NCBI GenBank assembly: GCA_951406725.2
Contig: OX597816.1
Coordinates: forward strand, 160,642,001-160,706,000
Length of the DNA: 64,000 nt
Source of the DNA: Octopus vulgaris
Lineage: Eukaryota
Reading direction: 5' to 3'
Position numbers and translations under genes: made by a program
The notes under the pieces: model-generated
The model's input: only the letters and a program-made list of their open reading frames with translations
The model's database searches: none
Told to the model about the DNA's origin: nothing
Shown here: in pieces, positions 29,547-41,313 of the stretch
Layout of the letters: every line of letters starts with the position of its first letter
Position numbering within the stretch: position 1 is the stretch's first letter

Positions 29547-29627
29547 ATTTATATATATACAGAGAGAGAGAGAGAAAGAGAAAGAGAAAAACATATATGC
29601 AAACATACAATCACACACACATATGTA

Positions 29628-29765
29628 TGTCATTGTTCAATTTTATTTCAAGATTTCTGGTCAATAGAGAAAGAGCCGGTTTCTAACCTAGATTCAAAGC
29701 TCCTTCATTGGGATTTCGACATCAACAACAGGGTATTTTTGTTTGTTTGTTTGTATGTATGTATG

Positions 29766-29799
<34 letters not shown>

Positions 29800-29980
29800 T
29801 GTATGTATGCATGTATGTATGTATGCACGTGTGCAGATCTGCATCTTTTGCCTTATGCACGTATTCTCATGCATATAGTTCCATATCTAGATATGCTCAT
29901 ATATATTTAAATGATAAACTTCTGGAAGGTTTTGCAGACTTCTACACTTCCAATGATGGATTGGAGCTGTAGTCTTCAAA
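29628..29980 (+). mobile_element. Unclassified (TATG)n-associated interspersed repeat
   Basis: GTCATT..TTTATTTCAAGATTTCT..CAATAGAGAAAGAGCCGGTTTCTAACCTAGAT...CAACAACAGGGTA; further copies at 52800-52935 (-), 53430-53510 (-), 56072-56178 (+) and 56429-56680 (+). Confidence 0.8.
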
Positions 29981-30180
29981 TGTATGTATGTATGTATGAG
30001 TGCGCATGTGAGAGATGGTATATTGCCTAGTGGTGAATGTGTTGGAGTCACGTTTATAAGGCTGTGGTTTCAATTCCCAGCGAGGCAAACTGTTGTTCTT
30101 CTAAGCAAGTCGATTCATTTTTCGTTAGTCCAGTCAAACTAATACGGTTCCTTAGCATTAGCACTGATAGTACTCATCTA

Positions 30181-30211
<31 letters not shown>

Positions 30212-30627
30212 CACACACATATGCACACATACATACACACATACGTCCATCAATATGTGTATGTATATATAAATACGTCCATATACTTTTGCGTAGCGAT
30301 TGTGTATACGTTTCTATATATGTGAAGTATAGGAGCACGTGTGATCGAGTGCGTGTGTGAGTGTACATGTGTGTGTGTGTGTGTTTGTATGTGCATCTGT
30401 GTGCATGTGCTTGTGTGATTGTCTACAGAAAGACCATTTCGCGTATTTTTCTTGAGAAGTTATCTCCTAATACAGGATTCCTTTTATTTTCTCTTTATCA
30501 ATGCTGCAGGCCATTTTGGTCGCTGATCTTTCTTTTTGTCTATTTTTTACTCACTACAAAGCATGTTCTTCATACCATGAGTGTATACACAAACACACAC
30601 ACATATATCTATACACACACATATGCA

Positions 30628-30822
30628 GACGTGGCTATGTGGTAAGTAGCTTGCTTCCCAATAACATGGTTCCAGGTTCAGTCCCACTGAGTGGCACCTT
30701 GGGCAAGTGTCTTCTACTATAGCCTCGGGCTACCAAAGCCTTGTGAGTGGATTTCGTCGACGGAAACTGAAAGAAGCCCGTCGTATGCATACATGTGTGT
30801 GGGGGTGCGCGCGTGTGTGTGT

Positions 30823-30869
<47 letters not shown>

Positions 30870-31040
30870 ATTAGATTTGTTCCCCACAACTGCTTGACAA
30901 CTGATGGTTTGATTACGCCCCCATAACTTAGCGGTTCGGTAAAAGGTTTCAATAGAATAAGTACCAGGGTTAAAAAATGAAAAAAAAGTATCGGGGTCAA
31001 TTCATTCAATTAAACATTCTTCAATGTGGTGCCCCAGCTA
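30628..31040 (+). mobile_element. SINE family A
   Basis: Homology to consensus. Confidence 0.88.
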
Positions 31041-31141
31041 TTATATATATATATATATATATATCTACACCGGAGTAAGCACATAAATGTGAAACAAGGT
31101 GAAAAAAAAGAGTACTCAAATACCAGAGGTAGAGTAATATG

Positions 31142-31258
31142 CTTTATTTAAAAGCAGCAGAAATATAACAAAAGCTGTTACTCAAAACTGTCCGACGAAC
31201 GGGAACGTGAAACTCTGAGTAACAGCTTTTGTTATATTTCTGCTGCTTTTAAATAAAG
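31142..31258. repeat. Perfect 43-bp inverted repeat enclosing a hammerhead
   Basis: 31142-31184 is the exact reverse complement of 31216-31258. Confidence 0.95.
31188..31225 (+). ncRNA. 38-nt minimal type-I hammerhead (U4C)
   Basis: CUGU CCGACGA ACG-GGAA-CGU GAAA CUC-U-GAG UA ACAG. Confidence 0.75.
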
Positions 31259-31398
31259 TTTCCGACTTCTAAATCCACAAGGCTTTGGTCGAACCGAGGC
31301 TATAGTAGAAGACACTCGCCCGTGGTGCCACGCAGTGGGGTTTGAACCCGGAACCACGTGGTTGGTAAGCAAGCTACTTACCACATAGCCACTCCTGC
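31259..31398 (-). mobile_element. SINE family A, 5' half
   Basis: Homology to the head region. Confidence 0.85.
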
Positions 31399-32052
31399 TA
31401 ATCGAGATGTACTTAATTTAGGAAATCCTGAGACCCATACAAAGGAGAGCCATTGAATACAACAGAAGATTATATTTTGTCAGCTGCTTCAAACCCAACA
31501 TATCGGAAGTCTGTTAGTGCCAACCACAACCGGATAAGCTCCGTCAACCCAAAAACTGTTTTTCCTTTTCATTCTTTTCTTTCAGTTCCACTACTTTTTA
31601 CTGTTAATACTTTCAGGAAAAAAAACGTTAATATCACACCGTCACAGTATTACATTCTCCTTTATTCTAAACTCATAAATCAATTCTACTTTGCATGCTT
31701 TTGACGAGTGTCGAGCGAGAAATACGCCGACAGTGAACGCAAAACACAGATTGTTTTTAATTCTTTGTTCAAATTTTGTTTCAGTTATCAATCTTAAATT
31801 TCTTAAGAATTAGATGAAGATCGAGCACTTCATTTCCTGACTTAAACTCTTGTGTATCTATAGGTTAAATGAGGTTTAATTCTTAGTCTTTCATTTTTTT
31901 TCCTTTTGCAGATCGAGATTCATTTCTTGGAAGAAAAAAAAAACAAGATAAAGGGAAAAAAGAAAAAGACGTTCAGGGTGCGCTGCAATTTGGCTTCTGC
32001 TATAGCCTTGGCCCGAATAGAGCTTTCTTCCTAATAAATATATATTTATTTA

Positions 32053-32099
<47 letters not shown>

Positions 32100-32100
<1 letters not shown>

Positions 32101-32245
32101 TTCTTTACTTCCCACAAGGGGCTAAACACAGAGGGGACAAACAAGGACAGAGAAACGGATTAAGTCGATTACATCGACCCCAGTGCGTAACTGGTACTTA
32201 ATTTATCGACCCCGAAAGGATGAAAGGCAAAGTCGACCTCACCGC
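32100..32245 (-). mobile_element. SINE family B fragment (Meta/MESC-like central domain)
   Basis: Reverse complement contains GCCTTTCATCCTTTCGGGGTCGATAAATTAAGTACCAG. Confidence 0.8.
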
Positions 32246-32268
32246 CTTCATACACACATATATATATA

Positions 32269-32790
32269 GACGCAGGAGTGGCTGTGTGGTAAGAAGCTTG
32301 CAACCCAACCACATGGTTCCATGTTCAGTCCCATTGCGTGACACCTTGGGCAAGTGTCTTTTACTATAGCCTCGGGCCGACCAAAGCCTTGTGAGTGGAT
32401 TTAGGAGATGGAACTGTAAGAAGCCCGTCGCATATATATATATATGTATTCACACGAATACAATAAAAATAAAAACAGGACATAACAACATTGTTGATAT
32501 GCTCTTAGCTTGGGGGAAGTGGGGATGAGTTGATTACATCGACCCCAGTGTTCAATTGGTACTTACTTTATTGACCCCAAAAGGATGGTTTTACATTTAC
32601 AGATTTTTATTAATATGTCACATGTTTTTATAAATCATATATATTAGCGCTTGCATCCACTCTAGTGGATTCTTCAGATTTGAATTTTTTGAGAAGATTC
32701 GTCTCTTTTATAGTATTATTGAGTGTGTAGGGGTGGAGAGAGATATGGGATAGTAAAAGAGGGTGAGGAATGGGGAGAAAGTGAGAGTGC

Positions 32791-32862
<72 letters not shown>

Positions 32863-33005
32863 GCTTTTGTATCAGATAGCGTTTCGGCAAAAGAGACCGA
32901 CAGAATAAGTACTAGGCTTACAAAGAATAAATCCTGGGGTCGATTTGCTCGATAAAGGTGGTGCTCCAGCATGGCCACAGTCAAATGTCTGAAACAAGTA
33001 AAAGA
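32269..33005 (+). mobile_element. SINE family A 5' half (32269-32432) and 3' half (32878-33005) separated by other sequence
   Basis: Homology of the two halves to consensus. Confidence 0.75.
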
Positions 33006-33070
33006 GAGACAACACTAATGGGTTTTATATTATTTTGTTATTGCTTTATTTCATATTTCATATTTTCCAG

Positions 33071-33142
33071 ATGGCCGGTCTCTTGACTATGAAGTGTGGA
33101 ATTCCAATGTTTTGGTTCAGAGATGGTGGAGTGAGTGAAAAG
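33071..33142 (+). other. Candidate 72-bp spliced exon
   Basis: Polypyrimidine tract + TTTTCCAG acceptor, AAG|GTAAGC donor; frame 0 is open (MAGLLTMKCGIPMFWFRDGGVSEK); no homology recognised. Confidence 0.3.
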
Positions 33143-33455
33143 GTAAGCATGCAACACTACGTCCGGAGATAATAAAAAGTTGTCATGCAAAGCTGATGAC
33201 TACGGGTTCTGTGAACGATACAAGAAGCGGAGAACGTGACAACAGTGCAAAAATTGTTTAATTGCAGCCCGCAAAAAATCAACACGTCAAGCAACTAGTG
33301 AAGACAAGACACAATACGTTCAGTGCTGCATAAAGAATTGAATTTTCGTTGGTGGAAACCCCATTACGTATATGAGCTGAAGTCCATATGTGATTTTTGC
33401 CTGTGAGGTTACACAAAAGAGGAGGTGTACGAGACAAAACCTCGCACACTGGAGG

Positions 33456-33790
33456 CAGGGCCATCGCTAAGCCTCTGCAACTCGCAGGGTGCCTCCGCGG
33501 TTGAAAGGCCCCATGTTAAGATCAATGTACGTAGATAAGTCATCTATTTACTTAGGTTAAAATGTTGAACAAGAATTAAACTATGTTAACTGAAAATTTC
33601 AAGAAATAAAATGGTAATGCATTCTACCTGCAAAAGTTCTTGTAAAAATATCACACTGTACCACGAACGTGTACGAGACTTTCTGGATTATCCATGATAT
33701 CTATTGAACACAAACTTAGCTCAGCTTGATTATTCTGAGCTGATCGATAATTTTGCGAAGCGAAAAGTGCGCCGTGTTTGTCTTTGAAAG
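33456..33790 (+). mobile_element. hAT transposon relic (C-terminal dimerization region)
   Basis: RLSGLSMISIEHK..LDYSELIDNFAKRKVRRV at ~33675-33785; CAGGGCC terminus-like sequence at 33456. Confidence 0.6.
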
Positions 33791-34069
33791 TTGCCTAAAT
33801 TATAAAAGTGCTCTTTTATTCATATCTGGAAGTTTTACTTATTGAAATTTGTAATAGAGACCTAAATAAATTTAATTCGTTGTGCTTTTAAAGATGTTCT
33901 TTAAGATAACATGAAATAATGAACATCAGATAGAATAAAGTAAAATATAGCTATGAATAAAAGGAGCATAGATTATAAATTTGGATTGAAGGGATGGGAC
34001 CACGAAAAAAAAAAACGGACAATGTCACACAGATACAATAAAAATAAAAACAGGACATAACAACATTGT

Positions 34070-34272
34070 TGATATGCTCTTAGCTTGGAGGAAGTGGGGA
34101 TGAGTTGATTACATCGACCCCAGTGTTCAATTGGTACTTACTTTATTGACCCCAAAAGGATGAAAGGCAAAATCGATTACGGCGGAATTTGAACTCAAAA
34201 CGTAGCAACAGGCGAAATAGCGCTAAGCATTTCGCCCGGCGTGCTAACGATTCTGCTAGCTCGCCGCCTTAA
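34070..34272 (-). mobile_element. SINE family B
   Basis: tRNA-like head (AAGGCGGCGAGCTAGCAGAATCGTTAGC...GAGTTCAAATTCCGCC) plus central domain. Confidence 0.85.
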
Positions 34273-34297
34273 TAATAGAAATAATAATAATAATAAT

Positions 34298-34688
34298 GCA
34301 AGAAGACCAGAGATGATTACAGAGGATGAAATAAAGAAATAGAAAGACTATAGATTTTGCTATTCCCTATGATAACAGAATCGATATTAAAGAGATTAGA
34401 AAACAATGAAAAATAACAGAATCTAGCCTGAAAGCTGAGAAGACCGTGGCAGACCAAGACAACAATTATTCCTATAGAAATTGGTGCATTTGGAACAACA
34501 CCAAAAATGCTGCCTAAGAGACTGAAAGAAATTGAAATTGAAATTCGCATTGTCGACCAGCAGAAGAATGCCATCTTTTAGTCTACAAGAATCCCAAGGA
34601 AGATTCTTGAGATTTGAGGTAAAAGGTTATCGCCAAATCACAATATAAAATACCTGCTGACTGAAGCAGCATGCACTGGAGTAACAGA
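34298..34688 (+). mobile_element. Old RLE (R4/Dong-like) 3' fragment, family 2
   Basis: RRPEMI...IDFAIPYDNRIDIKE...IIPIEIGAFGTTPK...RKILEI*; preceded by (TAA)n. Confidence 0.8.
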
Positions 34689-34711
34689 TAACAACAACAA
34701 CAACAACAACA

Positions 34712-34784
<73 letters not shown>

Positions 34785-34833
34785 CGATGACGATGATGAT
34801 GATGATGATAATGATGATGATGATAATAACAAT

Positions 34834-34879
<46 letters not shown>

Positions 34880-35486
34880 GTGAATGAAGATACACACACT
34901 TTATCGTGGCGGCGTTTGTATTCTTATTGTGCAAGGCTCTCACATCCACTTACCAAGTGGGTCACATTTTCCACACTTTCCACAGAGTCTGCATTTCTGG
35001 GTGTCAGAAGTTTTATAGATGTTATACTTTACTGAATTGGTAGCGAGAGCCTAGTCTTGCGCAGCGATGCACAATGATTTTCAGACGGATCGTGTAATCG
35101 AACACCGTCGGCCGGATATTGTCAAATTGAATAAGAGAGACAAATATTGTCAGATCATTGATGTAGCCATGAATGTTGCGAATAAAGAGGCTGAAAAAAT
35201 CACCAAGTGCCCCGAATTGAAAGTGGAAATAGCAAGACTGTATGGAATGCAAGAGGGTAATGTGAAAGTGATACCAGTGGTGATCGGAGCACTAGGCTCA
35301 ATCCCATTGAAACTTCAAGACTTCTTGAGGCAACTGGAAATCCCATGCAAGATTGATGTCTTGCAGAAAACATCCTTATTGGGCACAGCGCACATCTTAA
35401 AGGAAAGTATTATGTGTCTGAGTTCCTTGTGACTTGATATATGACTAAAGACTCCGGTACATTTTTACCTACACTGTATTATGAAG

Positions 35487-35487
<1 letters not shown>
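34880..35487 (+). mobile_element. RLE (R4/Dong-like) 3' fragment, family 3, with 5' inversion
   Basis: 35071-35432 on + encodes QTDRVIEHRRPDIV...IIDVA...IPVVIGALG; 34880-35070 on - encodes IAAQD..CRLCG..HLVSGC..RHDKV; (TAA)n on both flanks. Confidence 0.88.
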
Positions 35488-35535
<48 letters not shown>

Positions 35536-36064
35536 TATGGAATAACAACAGAAAAAGATGGTATAGGCACACACCAGAAAAGGTAACAGAAAACGAGAAA
35601 GCAACCATACTCTGGGATATGCCGATACACACAGATAGAGAAATTAAGGCCAACAGACCAGATATAGTTGTCAAAGATCATGAAGAAAAAAATGCTTTCT
35701 AATTGATGTATCAATACCGGCTGATGGCAACGTGTCTCTAAAAGAAATGGAGAAACTCTCAAAATACAAAGACCTGGAAATAGAGGTAACCAGAATGTGG
35801 AATCTAAAAACAGAAACAATTCCTATCATAGTAGGTGCATTAGGCATGATAAAAAATATTCAGACAAATACATAACAAAAACACCAAAACTAATAAATAT
35901 ATGTAACATACAGAAAATTGCACTACTAGGCACTGCACACATCCTACGCAGAACACTTTCCATACAATAACCATCAGAGCATCACAACAAATCACAGCAC
36001 ATACCCAAGGCACACAGAGCTGCGCTCGGTAGTGAAGTGAAAGCACGCTATAAAAATAAAACTA

Positions 36065-36067
<3 letters not shown>
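35536..36067 (+). mobile_element. RLE (R4/Dong-like) 3' fragment, family 4
   Basis: ILWDMPIHTDREIKANRPDIVV...KYKDL...IPIIVGALG plus 3' UTR; (TAA)n on both flanks; same family as 50067-51010. Confidence 0.9.
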
Positions 36068-36134
<67 letters not shown>

Positions 36135-37284
36135 GGAGAGGAGCGCCAGCCTTGACAGCGGCTGGACGTGTTCCTCACGTGTTCCTCACTGCTCTGACAA
36201 TTCAATAGCCGAAAGCCATAGAAACACTAATATGACCCAGTTTAGCAACGGGGAAAAATAACTCTCAAAGACTGGAACATCTACAATACCTCGTGAGTAT
36301 TTAAAATTCTCTTCAAAATAAGTTGGGAAATTTAAAATTTACATATCTGCAGCTTTCAAACATACATCCGATCAGCTTTAAAAACTTTAATACCCACAAT
36401 TGCCTCTGTAAGCACCCTTTTTTTTCTTCTCTCTAAAAACATCACGCTTTTCTTTTTGTGGACTTGCAAAACCCTAAAACTTTCTATGAAAATTTGACTT
36501 TTCTTTGCTTCCTCCCTGAATATTCAAATATAAATGTAAACATATACTTTTTATTGCAAAGACGCACCTGTTCTTCTAGCTGGACATACAAACATCTCTA
36601 GAAGGGTCAACTTCGGCCTCCACAATATTACCTTGCACGAAGTGTACAAACACTTTTTATTGCAATAACACAAACGCACATGGAAAAAAAAAATAATGAT
36701 GCTAAGATTCTCTCTGGTCAGACACAACTTCTCTATTCACAAACAATACAGAACAGCCCTTCCTTAATTTTTCTTAAGGCTAATAGTAGTAAACATTTGA
36801 ACTTTTTTTGACCGATAGGACCCCACCTAAAAAAAAAAAAAAATATCACTGATGGTGATGGTGATGATGATAATAATGATAGATTATCAGCACTGTTACA
36901 GTGCTGATAATCTATTTATCTATCTGCACACACACACACACACTCAAAGAGTTCAACCAACACAAACCTCACCTCGGCTCTATTGTTAACCAAATATGAA
37001 AGTATTATTTGACAGGCAAGAACTCTGGCGTTGAAGACAGTCAGCCAGCCAACCACCAAGCCAGCCAACGAGACAGACAGACAGACACTACTGTGATGGT
37101 GATAATGATAAAAAACAAAAATAACAATAATAAGATACTGCTGTGACTACACATAAAACAATATCATTGATGATGATGATGATGATGATGATGGTGATGG
37201 TGATGATGATAATGATGATGATGATGGTAATGGTGGTGATAATGATGATAGTGATAATAATGGTGATGATAATAACAATAATAA

Positions 37285-40200
37285 GCCGACTACGGCTGCT
37301 ATAATGGTACGATTAAAATTGTAACGGCAATGATGGCCGTCTCCCCACGAGCCAATCAAAGCTCAAAAATGATAACATTATCGTAGCACCAAAATGTTTT
37401 TGGAAACTAAAAGGAAAACTAAATCAGTATACCAAATCGCTTGTCCTATGGTTAATCTGGAAGCGCGTCCCCCAGGGAAGAGCCAGCCTGGGATCGAAAA
37501 GTCATCAACTGGCACAAACTCTTCTCCGAATACGGACATGGATGGTCACTTGAACGGGAAATCCCCCAACTCGAGCCCTCCAAGTTCACCACCACAACCA
37601 CCACAGAAAGAAAAATGTAAGCGGAACAAATGGACCCGAGAAGAGTATAAAGAAGTAATATACGCTTATTACTATGCATTAGGTAGGCCATCTCAAGAGA
37701 GACACACCGCAAACTCTTACAGTATATGGAGAACATGGAATCAAGACAGTAGGTCCTATTTGGACGAGAACAAATTAGCAAATGTGAGGAGGGATATCCT
37801 TAGAAATAACAGACTCACAGACAGTGAAATAAACGCGATCAAGCACGCAACGGAAAATGACATAAATATAAGACACAAAGGAAATGAAGAATCAGATGAA
37901 CAGTATTACCCGCCACGGGGCCTAATTGAAAGACTGCCATCTGACCAAAGTACGCAAAGGCCTGAAGATACAAGAAATTCTATTGTACCTGTTAAAGATA
38001 GCCAGGAAAATGATAAAACAACAGTAACTGAAGATCTCGCATTTGCTGAAGAACACAGAGAGTCTATGGCAGAAATGAGGCAGAAAATCCTGAATACGCT
38101 TGTAAGACATACAAGTATGAATGATAGAGAACCACTTCATAATCTCTCAAATACAAACCAAAATAAAAAACAAATCCAAATTGGCAACTATGTAACAAAT
38201 GAAATAATACAAGAATTAAAACCCGATTTTACTGAGTTAAATGAAATTATTTACGCTTCTGCTAGGGCAATTGAAACCAGCTGTATGCCCCCGAAGAAAC
38301 AAAGAAAACCAAACCTGGGAAGAAATCAAACCTGGAGAAGTAAAATTGAAAAAGAGATTGAATTTATGAGAGGGGAAATATCAATATTAAATGAACTAAT
38401 ATGTGGAAATGATGTAAGATCCAGAACAGGAAGAAAGATGAAGAGAAAATTTGGATCCTCACCAAGAGAAGAACTGATATCAATAAAAGAAACGCTGAAA
38501 CAAAAAGTCCAAAGCAAAAGCCCAAAGAATACGAAGATTTGAGAAGAGAAACAAGTTTTACAAGCAAAATAAGCTGTTCACATTCAATGCCAAAAAATTC
38601 TACAGAGAAATAGGGAAGGAGAAAGTAACCGTTAAAGAGCCCCCTCCCATGGAAGAAGTTCAAAACTTTTGGAAAAGGATTTGGAGTGACAAGAAGACGT
38701 ACAACATAAATGCAGACTGGATTATACAAACTGAAGGATCCTACCAAAATTTACAACAACAAGCATGGGAAGACATCACAATAGCAGACCTAAGAAAGGC
38801 ACTCACGAAGGCCAATAATTGGAAATCCCCCGGTAAAGATAGGGTGCCGAATTTCTGGCTCGCATCGCTCCCATGCGCACACGGTAAGCTAGTTCAGCTG
38901 CTCAATGGAATTATGAGAGACCCAAAGAAAACACCTGAATGGTTAGCAAGTGGTATTACTTACCTACTCCCAAAGAATAACGAAACCAACCTTCCAAAAA
39001 ACTATCTGTCTATCCACCACGTATAAAATCCTAACATCTATCCTGGCGGAGAAAACATGCATTCATGGAGAAGAACGATATTTTCCCCATTGAACAAAAA
39101 GGGTGCCGCCGAGGCTCTTACGGATGCAAAGATCAACTGCTAATTAATCGTATGATCCTTGAGAACTGTCACAACAAGCGCAGAAATCTCAGCTCCGCAT
39201 GGATTGACTATAAAAAGGCCTTCGACAGTATACCGCATCCATGGATCTTGAGATCGCTGGACATCTTCAAAATTTCCCCTGTGATTTCAAACTTCCTGAA
39301 GCACTATATGTCGTTGTGGAATACGAATCTCCAATTATACCACTCTAATGGAGCACTTGCCTCAGAAAATATAAACATCAACTGTGGAATTTTTCAAGGT
39401 GACTCACTTTCACCTTTAATATTCTGCATAGCCCTAATACCCCTTACAAGTGAATTAAACAGAACAGGGTATGGGTATAAAATTGCCAATAAAAAAATAA
39501 GCCATCTATTTTATATGGATGACTTAAAACTCTATGGTAAAGACAATAATGAACTTGAAGGCCTATTGCGCACTGTGAAAGCATTCAGCGATGACATCGG
39601 GATGGAGTTTGACTTGAGAAGTGTGCCAAGGCCACTTTCCAGAAAGGGAAAGTGAAGACACAAATTCAGTCGTGTTAGATGTTGACACAGTCATAAGAGA
39701 GCTTGAGCAAGAACAAACATACAAATATTTAGGGATAAATGAAGGTTCTGGTATTCATCATGCAAGCATGAAAGAGAAGATCAGGAAGGAATGTTATAGA
39801 AGAGTTCGTGCAGTCCTGAAATCTGAACTAAATGCACGTAACAAGGTGTTAGCTATAAATTCCTTAGCAGTTCCAGTTGTTACTTATAGCTACAATGTGT
39901 TGAACTGGAATATGAGTGAAGTAAAGAATATAGATAAGAAAATACTCAAGCTGCTGAGTTGTAATAGGATGCACCACCCAAAGGCAGATGTAGATCGCCT
40001 TTACCTTCCCAGAGCCCAAGGAAGTCGAGGCCTGATCCAATTTGAACTGGCTTACAAAACAACCACAATTAGACTGACCAAATATCTCGAAATAACGAAT
40101 GACTGGATGCTAAAGCTCGTGGAAAATCACGAGAGACGAAAGAAGCTTCATTCTATCATAAAGGAAAGCAAAAATTTTGCTATTGATCTCGTGCAGGATA

Positions 40201-41238
40201 CCCAAACTGAACAACCCGAGGGAAGTACGGCAACTATTGTTGCAAAGAAGGTAAAAATAATGGCCATGAAAAAAGCGCACGAGCAATTGGCTGATAGGTG
40301 GGAGGAGAAACCTCTGCACGGCAAATATGTGACCCGCAGCAAACAAGCTGATGTTGACCAGAAGCAAACCCATCAGTGGCTACGGAGCTCAGGGCTAAAA
40401 GCAGAGAGCGAAGGTTTCATCCTGGCTGCTCAAGATCAAAGCCTATTAACCCGGAACTACCAGGCCAATGTGATGAAAAATGGAGCAGACCCAAAATGCC
40501 GATTCTGCAACGACATGATTGAAACAGTGGACCACCTAATCTCTGGATATAAAGTCTTAGCACCAGTGGAGTATAAATTAAGACATGACAGAGTTGGCCA
40601 ATATCTCCACTGGCTAATAAGTCGGCATTACAATATCAAAACTGCCGACAAGTGGTATAATCACCACCCTGAGGCTGTAACTGAAGGAGAAAATGTAACC
40701 ATTCTGTGGGACTTTCCAGTACATACAGACCGAACCATCAAGGCCAATAAACCAGATATTGTTGTGAAAGACCAAAACAATAAAGTTTGCTTATTGATCG
40801 ACATGAGCATCCCCTGTGATCATAATATATCAGCGAAAGAGTTTGACAAGCTCAGAAAATATAAAGACCTACTCATTGAAATTGAGAAAATGTGGCATCT
40901 CAAGGCGGTTACAATACCAGTGATCGTAGGAGCACTAGGAATGATCGAGAAGGGAACCGAAAATTATATGAGAATGATCCCTGGCTTACCATCCCTGCAA
41001 GAAGTGCAAAAGATTGTCTTAACTGGTACATCACACGTATTGAGAAGAGCATTGTCGATGTGAGAACTGTTGCTGCTCATGTATTTTAATTTAACTTAAA
41101 ATAAAAAAAATTTTAAATGAACGAACTATTGAGTTTGGTTTAATGGCCTACCAATGTATACTATGAGTTTCTTTGCCCTAGGAGTCGGGAAGACACTCGG
41201 CAAGAAATGGAAGCAAATTTGAAAGAAGAAAAAAAAAG
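37285..41238 (+). mobile_element. Near full-length RLE-clade non-LTR retrotransposon (R4/Dong-like) in a (TAA)n target
   Basis: Single long ORF in pieces: N-terminal KWTREE region; RT (WIDYKKAFDS, GIFQGDSLSPL, LFYMDDLKL); CRFC..H..SG knuckle; RHD; KPDIVV..LIDMSIP..KY endonuclease. 3' UTR ends in an A-rich run and then (TAA)n. The 5' boundary is approximate. Confidence 0.93.
37394..41063 (+). pseudogene. RT-RLE polyprotein broken by ~4 frameshifts (near 38515, 39005, 39060, 39615)
   Basis: ORFs 37394-38542, 38649-39026, 39065-39655 and 39621-41063 are collinear domains; the NYRPI motif is partly deleted and the last knuckle Cys is changed to Tyr. Confidence 0.9.
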
Positions 41239-41243
41239 TAATG

Positions 41244-41304
<61 letters not shown>

Positions 41305-41313
41305 TGATGATGA

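Noticed and set aside
33192-33215. CTGATGA core match
   Set aside because: No GAAA or compatible stems.
36178-36228. Type-III hammerhead reading (GUGUU...CUGACAA...GAAACAC)
   Set aside because: Stem I cannot form and the core has a G8A change.
37394-41063. Programmed frameshifting or an active retrotransposon
   Set aside because: Multiple frameshifts, a deleted NYRPI motif and a mutated knuckle cysteine indicate decay or sequencing error, not recoding.
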